This document shows, piece by piece, positions 38,691 through 48,711 of a stretch of DNA of 64,000 bases. The first letter of the stretch is position 1; each line of letters begins with the position of its first letter. Source of the stretch: Ardenticatenia bacterium (lineage in GTDB: Bacteria > Chloroflexota > Anaerolineae > Ardenticatenales > Ardenticatenaceae); the NCBI GenBank assembly GCA_030949995.1, contig JAUZRY010000009.1, positions 6,195-70,194 on the forward strand, read 5' to 3'. Position numbers and translations under genes: made by a program. The notes beneath the pieces are model-generated. The model was not told the origin of the DNA and did not search any database. It saw only the letters and a program-made list of their open reading frames with translations.

Positions 38691-39539
38691 ATGGTGATTG
38701 TCTGCAGGACTATTGCTGAACTGCGCGCTGCTCGCGCTCGCTTGCCCTCGCCCGTGGGGTTTGTGCCCACAATGGGCTACTTACACGATGGCCACCTGGC
38801 CCTCGTGCGCCGTTGCCGCGCGGAGAACGCGGCCACAGTTGTCAGCATCTTCGTCAACCCCACCCAATTCGACCGCCAGGACGATTTTGCGGGCTATCCC
38901 CGAGACGTGCCACGCGACATGGGCCTGTTGGATGAGGAAGGCGTCAACATCGTCTTCGTGCCCTCAGCCGAGGAAATGTATCCTCCTGGATTCAAGACAA
39001 TTGTGCGCGTTCGGGAGATCACCGACGTGTTGGAGGGTGCCCACCGTCCCGGCCACTTTGACGGCGTGGCCACAGTGGTCACCAAGCTCTTCAACATTGT
39101 CATGCCAGACAGGGCCTACTTCGGGCAGAAGGACGCCCAACAAGTGGTGGTGGTCAAGCGCCTGGTGGCCGACCTGAACATCCCGATAGAGCTCCGCGTG
39201 GTGCCCACCGTGCGTGAGCCCGACGGGTTGGCCATGAGCTCGCGCAACGTGCGCCTTTCCCCTGAAGGAAGGCGGGTGGCTCCCATCCTCTACCGGGCCC
39301 TTTCCGAAGCCCAGGCGGCCTGGCGCTCTGGCCGCGAGCGCGACGCCGAGGCCCTGCGCCGGCTCGTGCGCGCCCGCGTGGGGCAGGAGCCACGCATTCG
39401 CCTGGAATACGTGAGCGTGGCCCACCGGGAGACGTTGCAGGAGCTGAATGGAGAAGTGACCGATGGGCTCCTCTCCCTGGCCGCCTGGATTGATGACGTG
39501 CGCCTCATTGACAACGTGATTTTGGAGGAAGAGCCGTGA
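38691..39539 (+). CDS. panC: Pantoate--beta-alanine ligase
   Basis: VGFVPTMGYLHDGHLALV, SIFVNPTQF, GHFDGVATVV.KLFNIV.PD.AYFGQKDAQQ, and MSSRN. Confidence 0.9.
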   Translation: MVIVCRTIAELRAARARLPSPVGFVPTMGYLHDGHLALVRRCRAENAATVVSIFVNPTQFDRQDDFAGYPRDVPRDMGLLDEEGVNIVFVPSAEEMYPPGFKTIVRVREITDVLEGAHRPGHFDGVATVVTKLFNIVMPDRAYFGQKDAQQVVVVKRLVADLNIPIELRVVPTVREPDGLAMSSRNVRLSPEGRRVAPILYRALSEAQAAWRSGRERDAEALRRLVRARVGQEPRIRLEYVSVAHRETLQELNGEVTDGLLSLAAWIDDVRLIDNVILEEEP

Positions 39540-40495
39540 ACGGCACGTTGACCGATGTGCCCGACCTGCTCGTGGGCCACTACACCGACCCCGAGGGCGC
39601 CACGGGCTGCACGGTCATTTTGACGCCTCAGGGGGCGCCCTGTGGCGTGGCCGTGCGCGGAGCAGCACCAGGCTCGCGGGAATTGGCGCTGCTCGCGCCC
39701 GGACGGCTGGTGCGGGCTGTCCACGCCGTGCTGCTCACCGGCGGGAGCGCCTTTGGCCTGGCGGCTGCCGACGGTGTGGTTCGCTGGTTGGAGGAACGGG
39801 GACATGGCTTCGACGTGGGCGTGGCCAAAGTGCCCATCGTGCCGGCAGCCGTGCTCTTTGACCTGGCTTTGGGCAGCGCCAGCGCCCGCCCGGGGCCGCG
39901 AGAAGGCTACCTGGCCTGCGAGCAGGCCTCTCGTGGCCCGGTCGAGGAGGGCAACGTGGGGGCCGGCACGGGGGCCACGGTGGGCAAATTGCTCGGCCTG
40001 CGCTACGCCATGAAAGGGGGGCTGGGCAGCGCCAGCACGCGCATTGGGCGGGGCGTCACGATGGGGGCTCTGGTAGCAGTCAACGCCCTGGGTGACGTGG
40101 TGGACCCTCACACCGGCCGGATTCTGGCCGGCACCCGCAGGCCGGATGTGGACGGCTTCCTGGACACTGCCAGAGCAATGCGAGGTGACTTGGGCCAGAC
40201 CATTCTCGGGCTCATGAACACCACGTTGGCGGTTGTGGCCACGGACGCTGCCTTGGACAAGGCTGAACTCACCATGTTGGCCGGCATGGCACACGATGGC
40301 CTGGCCCGCGCCGTGCGGCCAGCCCACACCATGCTCGACGGTGACACTATCTTCGCCATTTCCACCGGGAACCGGCAAGCCAACTTGAGTGCCCTCGGGG
40401 CCGCGGCTACCGATGTCGTGGCCGAAGCCATTGTGCGGGCGGTACAGGCCGCCCGCCCCCTGCACGGTGTGCCGGCGGTGACCACGCCAGACTGA
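39536..40495 (+). CDS. P1/S58 (DmpA/BapA-like) aminopeptidase family protein
   Basis: GTGA overlap with the panC stop. LTDVPDLLVGHYTD..GATGCTVIL, LLTGGSAFGL, and the Ntn-type processing region MNTTLAVVATDAAL...HTMLDGDTIFA. Confidence 0.8.
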   Translation: MNGTLTDVPDLLVGHYTDPEGATGCTVILTPQGAPCGVAVRGAAPGSRELALLAPGRLVRAVHAVLLTGGSAFGLAAADGVVRWLEERGHGFDVGVAKVPIVPAAVLFDLALGSASARPGPREGYLACEQASRGPVEEGNVGAGTGATVGKLLGLRYAMKGGLGSASTRIGRGVTMGALVAVNALGDVVDPHTGRILAGTRRPDVDGFLDTARAMRGDLGQTILGLMNTTLAVVATDAALDKAELTMLAGMAHDGLARAVRPAHTMLDGDTIFAISTGNRQANLSALGAAATDVVAEAIVRAVQAARPLHGVPAVTTPD

Positions 40496-40520
40496 CCCTA
40501 TCATTCGCGGAGGTGACCCA

Positions 40521-41081
40521 ATGCAAGAGAGAACGACTTCACACCAGCCCCTGTTGTCGTTGCGCAAAATCGCCATCACGGGCACGCTGGCTGCGGTGGC
40601 CGTGCTCCTGGGCATCACCCGGTGGGGCTTCATTCCGGTGCCCAACATCACAGGAAGTGCCACCATCATGCACGTGCCCGCCATTTTAGGAGGCGTACTC
40701 GAAGGCCCCCTCGTTGGCGCGATGATTGGCACCATCTTTGGGAGCTTCAGCTTCCTGCAGGCTACCAGTCCCCTCTTCAAGCACCCGCTGGTCTCCATTT
40801 TCCCCCGCATCTGGATCGGTGTGGTGGCCTACTACGCCTACGCCCTCACCCGGACTCGACTGGGCGAAATTCGCGCCCTGGCCTTGGCCGGCGTGCTCGG
40901 TTCGCTCACCAACACCACGCTCGTGTTGGGCATGGCCGTGTTCGTGCGCTTGTTGCCCCCGGCGGCCATCCCGCCGATCATTCCCCAGGCCATCGCCGAG
41001 TTCATCATCGCGGCCATCATCACTGTGGGGGTGGCCGTCGTCTGGAAGCGCATCGAGACGGACGGCGGTTCCTCGGTGTAG
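40521..41081 (+). CDS. Solitary ECF transporter S (substrate-capture) component; substrate unassigned (pantothenate is possible from context)
   Basis: GGAGGTG RBS. 186 aa with about 6 TM helices. LRKIAITGTLAAVAVLLG...GFIPVP....ATIMHVPAILGG. Confidence 0.7.
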   Translation: MQERTTSHQPLLSLRKIAITGTLAAVAVLLGITRWGFIPVPNITGSATIMHVPAILGGVLEGPLVGAMIGTIFGSFSFLQATSPLFKHPLVSIFPRIWIGVVAYYAYALTRTRLGEIRALALAGVLGSLTNTTLVLGMAVFVRLLPPAAIPPIIPQAIAEFIIAAIITVGVAVVWKRIETDGGSSV

Positions 41082-41120
41082 TGAGTCGTGGGCGCCAGGA
41101 GCAAGGACAGGAGGAAGAGC

Positions 41121-41963
41121 GTGAACAGCCGAGCACACCCTGAAGACGTGGCGCCGGGCGTTGTGCGCCTTGCCACCATGAGCCGGTCGGCCCTCTTCGG
41201 CGAGCCCACCAACTGTTACGTGGTGGCCACGGAACTGGGAGGCCTGGTGGTGGATCCCGGCAGCGACGATGAGGAGTTCGTGGGCGCCGTCGAGGCGGTG
41301 GTGGCGGAGTTGGGCGGGATGGCCGGCATGGTGGTGACACATGGGCACCGGGATCACTGGGAAGGCGTGGCCCGCCTCTGGGAGCGGCACGGGGGGTGGG
41401 TGGCCACTCATCCTGCCCTGGTGGGGCGGCTGGCCGGGATTCCGCCCACAACCCACCGCCTTGTACGGGAGGACCACGTGTTGGCCGGGTGGAGGGTGCT
41501 GGAGGTGCCCGGTCACACGCGCGACCACATCGCCCTCTGGCGCCCTCGTGATGGGGTCATGCTTGTGGGCGACGTGGTTGCCGGCCGGGGCACCACAGTC
41601 ATCAGCCCCCCTGACGGCGAGATGACCGCCTACTTGGCCACGCTGCGCCGCCTGCGTGACTTGGGCCCACGCCTGCTCCTGCCGGGACACGGGCCTCCGG
41701 TGGCTCGTCCCCGGGAGGCCTTGGAGGCCCTCATTCGCCACCGCTTGGCCCGCGAGGAGGCGGTGTGGGCCGCGTTGGACACCCGCCCCCGCCCCCTCGA
41801 GGAGTTGGTCGCCTGTGTCTACGCGGATGTGCCCGCTGAGCGATGGTGGCTGGCCGAGCATTCGCTGCTTGCCCACCTGCTCAAGTTGGAGGCCGAAGGG
41901 CGGGCTGTCCGCTTGGAGGGGGGATGGGCTCGTTCGCCAGCGGGCCGGGAGAACACGACGTGA
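41121..41963 (+). CDS. MBL-fold metallo-hydrolase
   Basis: AGGAGGA RBS and GTG at 41121. NCYVV...VVDPGSD, VVTHGHRDHWEG, VPGHTRDH and LLPGHG. The ORF extends to 41088. Confidence 0.8.
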   Translation: MNSRAHPEDVAPGVVRLATMSRSALFGEPTNCYVVATELGGLVVDPGSDDEEFVGAVEAVVAELGGMAGMVVTHGHRDHWEGVARLWERHGGWVATHPALVGRLAGIPPTTHRLVREDHVLAGWRVLEVPGHTRDHIALWRPRDGVMLVGDVVAGRGTTVISPPDGEMTAYLATLRRLRDLGPRLLLPGHGPPVARPREALEALIRHRLAREEAVWAALDTRPRPLEELVACVYADVPAERWWLAEHSLLAHLLKLEAEGRAVRLEGGWARSPAGRENTT

Positions 41964-41969
41964 GATGCC

Positions 41970-42949
41970 CTAGACGGTGTACATCTCGCGGGGTTCCCAG
42001 ATGCGCTCGTCGGCTGTGCTCTCCAGGGCTTTGACCACCTCCACGAGGGCAGCGTTGAAGGGGGTAGGCACGCCGTGGCGGGTGCCCTCGCGCACTACGG
42101 CACCGTTGATGACGTCGATCTCCGTGGGGGTGCCACGCAACACGTCCACGAGCATGGAAGAGCGGTTGGCTCCTGTGGCCTTGGCGACTTGGAAGACGTG
42201 GGCCACCGGGTCATCATAGGGCAAGGGGATGCCCAAGGCTCGGGCCACAGCCACGGCTTCTTCAACGGCTTTGACCACCAGGCGCCGACACACCTTGTCC
42301 TCGGCCAACACGCCGTTGTGAACGCGCAAAATTGCTGTGAGCGGGTTAATCCCCACGTTGACGATGAGCTTGCCCCAGATGAGCGCTTGTAGATCTTCCA
42401 CGAGCCGGGTTTCGATGCCGGCATCGCTCAGCAGGTCAGCGATGCCGGCCACCCGTGGCCGCAGCTCGGGCAGTGGTGCGGCCAATTGTGTGGCCCCGGC
42501 CCCGGCATGACGAACGCGCCCGGGCCCCAACACGGTGGCGCCATGGCTGGTGACCCCCTGAACCACACGCTCTTCCCCCAGAATCTCGGCCAGCACCTCG
42601 CGGTTGCCCAGGCCATTCTGCAAGGTCAACGCCAGCCCATCGGCCGCTAGCACGCGCCGTGTCTGGTGGGCAGCACGCCGGGTGGCGTAGCTCTTGACGA
42701 ACACCAAGGCCAACGTCACCGGCCCTTCTTCGCCCACCTCGGCCACGTCGGTCGTGGCCTTCACGTGGATGCGCTCCACGCGACCGTCCAATCGATGAGC
42801 TCCAAGCCCCGTTCCCGAATGGCGGCCACGTGTTCGGCCCACGGATCAACGAGCCAGACGTCATGGCGACCGGTGCTGGCCAGCCTGCCGCCGAAGAGGC
42901 TGCCCATGGCGCCGGCGCCCATGATGGCAATGCGCATGGTGCACCTCAC
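41970..42949 (-). CDS. panE: 2-dehydropantoate 2-reductase; apparent frameshift near 42790-42800
   Basis: N-terminus MRIAIMGAGAMGSLFGGRLA (ORF 42761..42949), then ALVFVKSY...LTLQNGLGN...ALIWGKLIVNVGINPLTA...RSSMLVDVLRGTPTEIDVINGAVV (ORF 41970..42842). Confidence 0.85.
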
Positions 42950-42998
42950 CCTCTGCCTTGCTCACAAAGTGTCCCCGATGAGGAGAAGGGGCCTGCTC

Positions 42999-43975
42999 TC
43001 ATGGCGGTGAGGGGCGGGTGCCGTAGAGACCGCCCACGTCTCCGCTCTCCTCCTCCTCGCCGCCAAGGTCTGCTGTGTTTGACACGTTGAGCCCCGGCGA
43101 ACCAGATTCCGTTGTGGGTGTAGCCTCCTTCACCAGCTCCAGAAAGGCGGAGAACTCTTCGTCGTCCATGGTGTAGGTGTGCTCCGCGGCCGGAAAGCGC
43201 CTTTGAAGCACTTCGTCCCGGTAGGCTTCCAAGGCCTGCCGGATAGTGGTCCCTATATGGGCATATTGCTTGCAAAAGGAGGGTACAAAGCGCTCGAACA
43301 GGCCCAGCAGGTCGTGGAAGACCAACACTTGGCCGCTGGTGTGAGGGCCGGCGCCGATGCCGACAGTGGGAATGCGCAGGCACGGGTGATCTCGCCGGCC
43401 ACTTGCCCGGGAACGGCCTCTATCACGAGGCTGAAGCACCCGGCATCTTGGAGGGCCAGGGCATCGTGCAGAAGTCTCCGGGCGTCATCGGCCGTGCGCC
43501 CCTGAATGCGGAAGCCACCCAACGCGCTTATGCGCTGAGGGGTCAGGCCGATGTGTCCCATCACCGGGATTCCCGCCCGCACGATGGCAGCCACTCGGCT
43601 CCTCATTTCCTCTCCACCCTCCAGTTTAACCGCCTCCATACCCCCTTCTTTCACGAAGCGCATGGCCGTGCGCACGGCCTGCTCGTCGTCGGCCTCATAA
43701 CTGCCCATTGGCATGTCGCCGACCAGAAACGCACGGCTTGCGCCCCGGGCTACAGCCCGACAGTGGTGGAGCATCTCGTCCACGGTGACGGAAACGGTGG
43801 ACGTGTACCCTAAGACGACCATGCCAAGTGAGTCCCCGACCAGAATCATGTCTAGGCCGGCCTGGTCGGCCAGCCGGGCTGAGGGGTAATCGTAAGCCGT
43901 CACCACCGTGATCGGGGTGCCTTGACGGTACTTGGTCACAAGGTGGTGGATCGTGATCTTCGCAGGTGGACTCAT
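42999..43975 (-). CDS. panB: 3-methyl-2-oxobutanoate hydroxymethyltransferase; apparent frameshift near 43380-43390
   Basis: [36 protein letters not shown]...VGDMPMGSY...VKLEGG...[12 protein letters not shown] (ORF 43253..43975), then [24 protein letters not shown] (ORF 42999..43439). It has a C-terminal acidic extension. Confidence 0.85.
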
Positions 43976-44020
43976 GCTTTCCTCTCCTGCAGGGAACGTA
44001 GGACGTCCTGCTCGGGTTAC

Positions 44021-44662
44021 TCATCCCCACATCATAGCGTACCAGCCGCCCAAGCACAAGAAGGGGCCGTAGGGAATGAAGGTGTTGCGGGGCACACGCC
44101 GGCTCACCAAAAGCCCCAAGCTGATCAGGCCTCCCAGCAGAATGCCCACGGTCAATCCCGTGAGCACGTCGGGGAATCCGGTAATACATCCCACGAAGGC
44201 CGCCAGGTTCACGTCCCCCCAGCCGATGCCACCCCGGGTCAACCAAGCCACCGCGTAAAAGATCACAAACCCCACGACCCCGCCAAGCAGCGCGCTCTGC
44301 GGCGTGAGGCGTGGGTCCACCGTGCTGCCGATCAGGGCAATGAATGTGGCCGGGTAGATGAGCACGTGGGGAATCAGGCGTGTCTCCAGGTCAACAATTA
44401 GGATGAGGAGCAACACGGAGCTGTAGAGGCTTACCGCCAGTGCTTCGACGGGTGACGGAAATTTCCACCACGCCAGGGTATAGGCCACCCCGTTGAGCAG
44501 GGCGAGCCAGCACGGACGGCGTTGCAGGCGGACGTAGACACCGTTGTCGGCCGGAAGCGAGGAGCGCCTGAAGGTGGGCAGAGTGTCAACCAACGGGTTC
44601 AACCCGAAGCCCACGGCCAGGCCCACGAGAAGAGGAAGCCAGAGGGCATTCAGCTCGTTCAT
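44021..44662 (-). CDS. Prepilin peptidase (A24 family)
   Basis: IVDLETRLIP (first catalytic Asp region), GGIGWGDVNLAAFVG (second Asp), and IPYGPFLCLGGW. Confidence 0.8.
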   Translation of the reverse strand: MNELNALWLPLLVGLAVGFGLNPLVDTLPTFRRSSLPADNGVYVRLQRRPCWLALLNGVAYTLAWWKFPSPVEALAVSLYSSVLLLILIVDLETRLIPHVLIYPATFIALIGSTVDPRLTPQSALLGGVVGFVIFYAVAWLTRGGIGWGDVNLAAFVGCITGFPDVLTGLTVGILLGGLISLGLLVSRRVPRNTFIPYGPFLCLGGWYAMMWG

Positions 44663-44677
44663 GGGATCGTCCTGAGG

Positions 44678-45553
44678 TCACGGTGATGGATCTCTGATCT
44701 GGCCCCGTGACGACCGGCCGTCAGCTCCTGGTTGGGCGACTTGGGAGGTAAGCGCTGCCACGGGGCTGCCGGCCACCGCGCTGGCCTCCACGGCCGCACG
44801 GGCAATCTCGTGAGCCAAGCCCAGGCGGTGAACCCAGCCGGCCGGCGTGTTGACGTGGCGGGTCAACCACGCCCCGTAACCGCCGCACTGGGCGATGAGG
44901 TCGGCGAACCGGTCGGCCGTCTCGAAGGAGAGGCCGTTCACTTCCAGGTACCCCACGCGCTGGCCGGCCCGGAGGAGCAGAATGGGCCATTCGGCGTCCA
45001 CACCCAGGGAGTCCACCCGGCCGTGACGCACCAGGAACTCGGCAGCGTCGGCCGTCAGGCCCCGGGCCCCGCCGGTGATGTCCCACCGCCGGCCGGTGAC
45101 TTGAGCGAACACGTGGTTGGCCAACCGTTCGGTGTCCCGCTGCACGGCCGGGTGGGTATCGAAGGCGGACGGGGTACGCCCCAACACCAGGAAGTCGTGC
45201 TGGCGGATCTGGGCGGCCACAGGGGAAAGCTCCTCGGGCGCCACCTCCAGCCAGTGGAGGAGCCGGTCGAAGTCGCAGAGCAGCATGTGCCGGTGGCCTT
45301 GATCTAGGGCGGTCTCCAGGAGCTGCCGTCTGGCCCTGCCGATCATGTGCCATCCTTCTGGCACCTGTTCCTGGAGAACAGTGGCCCCAATCGCCCGGAG
45401 TTGGCGCACTGTGTCGTGGGCGCTGTTGGGCGTGGCGGCCACGATCAGGGCCTGGAAGGTCTCCGCCAAGGAGAGGGCTACGGGTTCCAGGAGGCGTGCT
45501 TGTCTGCTATCAGGGTCGTGGAGGGTGGCCACGAGGGCAAGGGGAAGCATCAT
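44678..45553 (-). CDS. Hypothetical protein (possible nucleotide-sugar/glycosyltransferase-like fold)
   Basis: ATGA overlap with the upstream methyltransferase gene. LLCDFDRLLHW is a possible DxD-like motif. I recognise no confident family. Confidence 0.5.
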   Translation of the reverse strand: MMLPLALVATLHDPDSRQARLLEPVALSLAETFQALIVAATPNSAHDTVRQLRAIGATVLQEQVPEGWHMIGRARRQLLETALDQGHRHMLLCDFDRLLHWLEVAPEELSPVAAQIRQHDFLVLGRTPSAFDTHPAVQRDTERLANHVFAQVTGRRWDITGGARGLTADAAEFLVRHGRVDSLGVDAEWPILLLRAGQRVGYLEVNGLSFETADRFADLIAQCGGYGAWLTRHVNTPAGWVHRLGLAHEIARAAVEASAVAGSPVAALTSQVAQPGADGRSSRGQIRDPSP

Positions 45554-46317
45554 ATCCGCTCCGCTAACCAGATGAGGCCGGGCTGGCGCGCATCGACCTG
45601 CACGGCGTGCGGGTCGTACTGGTGCCACTTGCCCAGTACCACGAAGCCCGCTTCGGCCAGGGATTCCTCGATCTCCCGTGGGCGGGGCACGTAGGTGCGC
45701 CAGTGTGCTGTGCGCCCGTCTGCTTCGACGCGCAAGGTGCGGGTGAGCGTGCGCGTTGGCTCGTCGAAGGTGACCGTTTCCACAGCCCGGCCGGCTGGGG
45801 TCTCGTACACCCGCCGGTGGTGGAGACGGGGCGGACCACCGACCCGTCCGAAGAGCAGGCGCCCCCCGGGGCGAAGCAGGGCTGCCACGTGGGCCAGCGG
45901 CACGTCAAAGGTGGTGGCGGTGCCGTAGAAGGGCAGCTCTGTCTCGACGGCCAACACGAGATCGAAGTAAGGTGGAAAGTCGAGCGCGAGCAGTTCCTCG
46001 GCCAGGAAGGCCACGGGAACGCCCTTGACCATGGCCTGTGCCCGCGCTTCGGCCACCAAGTCCGGGCTCACGTCCACGGCCACGGGCCTGTGACCTCGGC
46101 GGGCCAGCTCAATGCTCAAGTGGCCGAGGCCACATCCCAGGTGGAGCACCCGCCGAGCGCCCGTGGGCATGGCAACTTGCTCCACGAAATCGGCCACGCG
46201 CTTGACCGGGAGTGTCGGGCTCGGCGGGGCCCCGGCAGCAGCCCAGCGGCCGCGTTCCACGAAGAAGGCAACGGGGTCGGAGTTCACAGTTCGCGTCCTC
46301 CTCTGAACTTGCGCCAT
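45550..46317 (-). CDS. Class I SAM-dependent methyltransferase
   Basis: SAM motif I VLHLGCGLGHLSIELARRG, and VAVDVSPD. Confidence 0.8.
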   Translation of the reverse strand: MAQVQRRTRTVNSDPVAFFVERGRWAAAGAPPSPTLPVKRVADFVEQVAMPTGARRVLHLGCGLGHLSIELARRGHRPVAVDVSPDLVAEARAQAMVKGVPVAFLAEELLALDFPPYFDLVLAVETELPFYGTATTFDVPLAHVAALLRPGGRLLFGRVGGPPRLHHRRVYETPAGRAVETVTFDEPTRTLTRTLRVEADGRTAHWRTYVPRPREIEESLAEAGFVVLGKWHQYDPHAVQVDARQPGLIWLAERI

Positions 46318-46703
46318 TGCTCAAGAATGACCGGCCACAGTTGGCGCAGCCGGCCCACGCCGGCCCAAGCGATGGCGCCTGCCACAGCCCCCACCACCAG
46401 GGCGATCCCCACGCCGTTCCACCGTTGCTCGGCGCTCAAGTTGGGCGTGAACCGGGCGAAGGCCGCGCCGAGCAACAGCCCTGCCACGAGGCCGCCGAGC
46501 CCCCCGCGGCCCAAGCGATGTTGGGTGGGAGCGGGGAGCTCCACCAACAATTCGCTGAGCAGGGAGCCCACAATGCCGCCGAAGAGCGCACCGCCCACGG
46601 TGGCTGGCGCACTCCAGTTGGAGAGCAGGCCGGCGATCACCGCGCCCACAGCGATGCCAGCGAGGGAGAGGAAGATGTTGAGGGGGCTGGTGCCCACTGT
46701 CAT
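46284..46703 (-). CDS. Small glycine-zipper-type membrane protein
   Basis: 139 aa. The internal ATG (complement of 46701-46703) overlaps the larC stop. Gly-rich TM segments GIAVGAVIAGLL, GGALFGGIVGSLL, GGLVAGLLLGAAF and GIALVVGAVAGAIAWAG. Confidence 0.55.
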   Translation of the reverse strand: MTVGTSPLNIFLSLAGIAVGAVIAGLLSNWSAPATVGGALFGGIVGSLLSELLVELPAPTQHRLGRGGLGGLVAGLLLGAAFARFTPNLSAEQRWNGVGIALVVGAVAGAIAWAGVGRLRQLWPVILEQWRKFRGGREL

Positions 46704-47905
46704 GGTGCTGTTTCTCCTTCTGCCAACATCTCGGGGGAGTGGAGCAGCCTGTGGGCCGCGGCGAAGGCTGCCTCGTACACCCGGCGCACGGGAACGTCGT
46801 GCTCGCGGGCCAGACGTCGGCACTCCTCGTACTCTGGGGCGGCGCCGGCCACTCGTCCCGCAACCACCTTGAGTTTGACGCGCACGCGGCCGAAGGGCGT
46901 CTCCACCTCCTGCCATGCCCGTGGGGCCTCGTGTCGGCGGATGGGGAGCACGCGCACGCCTAACGTGGTCGTTTCCTCCAGGAGCACCTCGCTCAACGTG
47001 GTTTCCAGAGGGGCCGGGGCCAACACGCTTAACACCGTGCCCGGCCGTCCTTTCTTCATGTGCACAGGGGTGAGCCACACGTCCAGAGCACCGGCCTCGA
47101 AAAGGGCGTCGCTCACGGCCCCGTAGAGTTCCGGGTTCATGTCGTCGATGTTGGTTTCCAATACCACGAGGGGGCTCTGTGGGGAGGAAGTGGGCTCGCC
47201 GAGCCACAGGCGGGCGACGTTGGGCCAGGGATAATCCCTGTGGCCAGCCCCGTAGGCGACTTTGTGGAGCCGCATGGCTGGCCTGGTAAAGGTGGCGTGG
47301 TGGGCCAGGATAGCGGCGCCGGTGGGAGTCACCAGTTCGCCCTCTCCGGGGGCTGGGCACGTTGGGGCGTTCACGCTGGCCAGGAGTTGGAGGGTGGCCG
47401 GGGCGGGCAGGGGCAATGGACCGTGGGCGCTCTGGGCCCACCCGTGACCCAACGGTAGCGGCGAGGCGTAGAGGTGCTCCACGCCCAAAGCGTGAAGGCC
47501 GGCGGCTGTGCCCACGATGTCCACGAGGGCGTCCACAGCGCCCACTTCGTGAAAGTGAATCTGATCCACAGGGAGGCCGTGAACGCGGGCCTCGGCCTCG
47601 GCGAGGCGGGTGAACGTCCCCAAGGCCGCTTCCTTGACATGTACCGGGAGGCGGGCGCGTTCGAGCAGGTCGCGCACGTCGGCCAGCGTGCGCAGGGGCT
47701 GATCTCCCGTGCACGTCACGGTGATCAGCGTGGCCCGAATGCCCCGGCGATGTACGCTCTCTGCCCGGATCTCGTAGCTCTGGGGCGAAATGGGCAGCCC
47801 GGCCAGCACCTCGCGAAGGGCATCCGCCGACCAGCCGGCGTCCACCAGACATCCCAACATCATGTTCCCGGAGAGGCCGGAGGGAAGATCCAAATAACCG
47901 ATCAT
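46700..47905 (-). CDS. larC: Nickel-pincer cofactor biosynthesis protein LarC (DUF111 family)
   Basis: MIGYLDLPSGLSGNMMLGCLVDAG, and IHFHEVGAVDALVDIVGTAAG. Start chosen at MIGY; the ORF extends to 47989. Confidence 0.85.
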   Translation of the reverse strand: MIGYLDLPSGLSGNMMLGCLVDAGWSADALREVLAGLPISPQSYEIRAESVHRRGIRATLITVTCTGDQPLRTLADVRDLLERARLPVHVKEAALGTFTRLAEAEARVHGLPVDQIHFHEVGAVDALVDIVGTAAGLHALGVEHLYASPLPLGHGWAQSAHGPLPLPAPATLQLLASVNAPTCPAPGEGELVTPTGAAILAHHATFTRPAMRLHKVAYGAGHRDYPWPNVARLWLGEPTSSPQSPLVVLETNIDDMNPELYGAVSDALFEAGALDVWLTPVHMKKGRPGTVLSVLAPAPLETTLSEVLLEETTTLGVRVLPIRRHEAPRAWQEVETPFGRVRVKLKVVAGRVAGAAPEYEECRRLAREHDVPVRRVYEAAFAAAHRLLHSPEMLAEGETAP

Positions 47906-48711
47906 CTGGCTCCTCCTGCCGGCACCACGCGGTAGTGGCCGTTGGCCTGCACGACGGCCAGGGGCACGCCGTAGAGGCGGGAAAGCCACCTGTCGGTTAA
48001 CAAGTGGTCTTTAGGGCCCTCCGCCAAGAGACGCCCTCCCTTGAGGAGCACAACCCGCTCGATCTCGGGCATCACCTCTTCAAGGCGGTGGGTCACGAGC
48101 AGCACTGTTTTGCCCTCGGCCATTACCCCCCGCACGAGCTCCAGGAAGGCGAAGCGCGCGGCCACGTCGAGGCCGTTGGTGGGCTCGTCCAGGATGAGCA
48201 CATCGGGATTGTGGACGAGGGCACGGGCCAGCAGGCAACGCCGTTGTTCTCCGGCCGACATGTGGCTGAAGGGGACTGTGCTCAACGCGCCGACGCCGAA
48301 GCGGGCCATGAGCTGACGAGCCCGCTCCTGCTGAGCCGGCGTGAAGGCCTGGTGGGGCCATGTGCCGGTGCTCCAGTAGAAGCCGGAGAGCACCACATCC
48401 AGTCCGACGACGTGGTCACGGTACTGGCGCTGCACTTCGTGGGAGACGATGCCCAGACGCCGGCGCAGGGCCCACACGTCCCAGCGCTTGCGCCCGAAGA
48501 GGCGCACTGTGCTCTCCGGGCGTGCAACGGGGTAGAGCTCCCGTGTGATGAGCTTCAGGAGGGTGGACTTGCCCGCGCCGTTGGGGCCGAGCACGGCCAC
48601 GTGTTCTCCTGCCCGCACGGTAACGGTGATGTCCTCCAGGGCTTTCGTCTTTTCCCGGTAGACGGTCACCCGGTGCAGTTCGACAATGGGTTTCCCCACG
48701 GCGATCCTCAC
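47902..48711 (-). CDS. ABC transporter ATP-binding protein (ModF/YlmA-like, no cognate permease adjacent)
   Basis: GPNGAGKSTLL, MSAGEQRRCLLARAL and LILDEPTNGLD. ATGA overlaps occur at both ends. Confidence 0.8.
   Translation of the reverse strand: MRIAVGKPIVELHRVTVYREKTKALEDITVTVRAGEHVAVLGPNGAGKSTLLKLITRELYPVARPESTVRLFGRKRWDVWALRRRLGIVSHEVQRQYRDHVVGLDVVLSGFYWSTGTWPHQAFTPAQQERARQLMARFGVGALSTVPFSHMSAGEQRRCLLARALVHNPDVLILDEPTNGLDVAARFAFLELVRGVMAEGKTVLLVTHRLEEVMPEIERVVLLKGGRLLAEGPKDHLLTDRWLSRLYGVPLAVVQANGHYRVVPAGGAR

Noticed and set aside
39290-41876. Long minus-strand ORFs 39290..40810 and 40686..41876 across panC, the peptidase, the S component and the MBL gene
   Set aside because: They are antisense to four well-supported plus-strand genes. 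Their translations are Arg/Gly/Pro/His-rich with no motifs.
45607-47852. Alternative-frame or opposite-strand ORFs 45607..46872 (+), 46212..47126 (+) and the 522-aa ORF 46284..47852 (-)
   Set aside because: They overlap the methyltransferase, the glycine-zipper protein and larC, which have diagnostic motifs. Only the last 139 codons of 46284..47852 look like a real (membrane) protein. The remainder is Arg/Pro-rich out-of-frame larC sequence.
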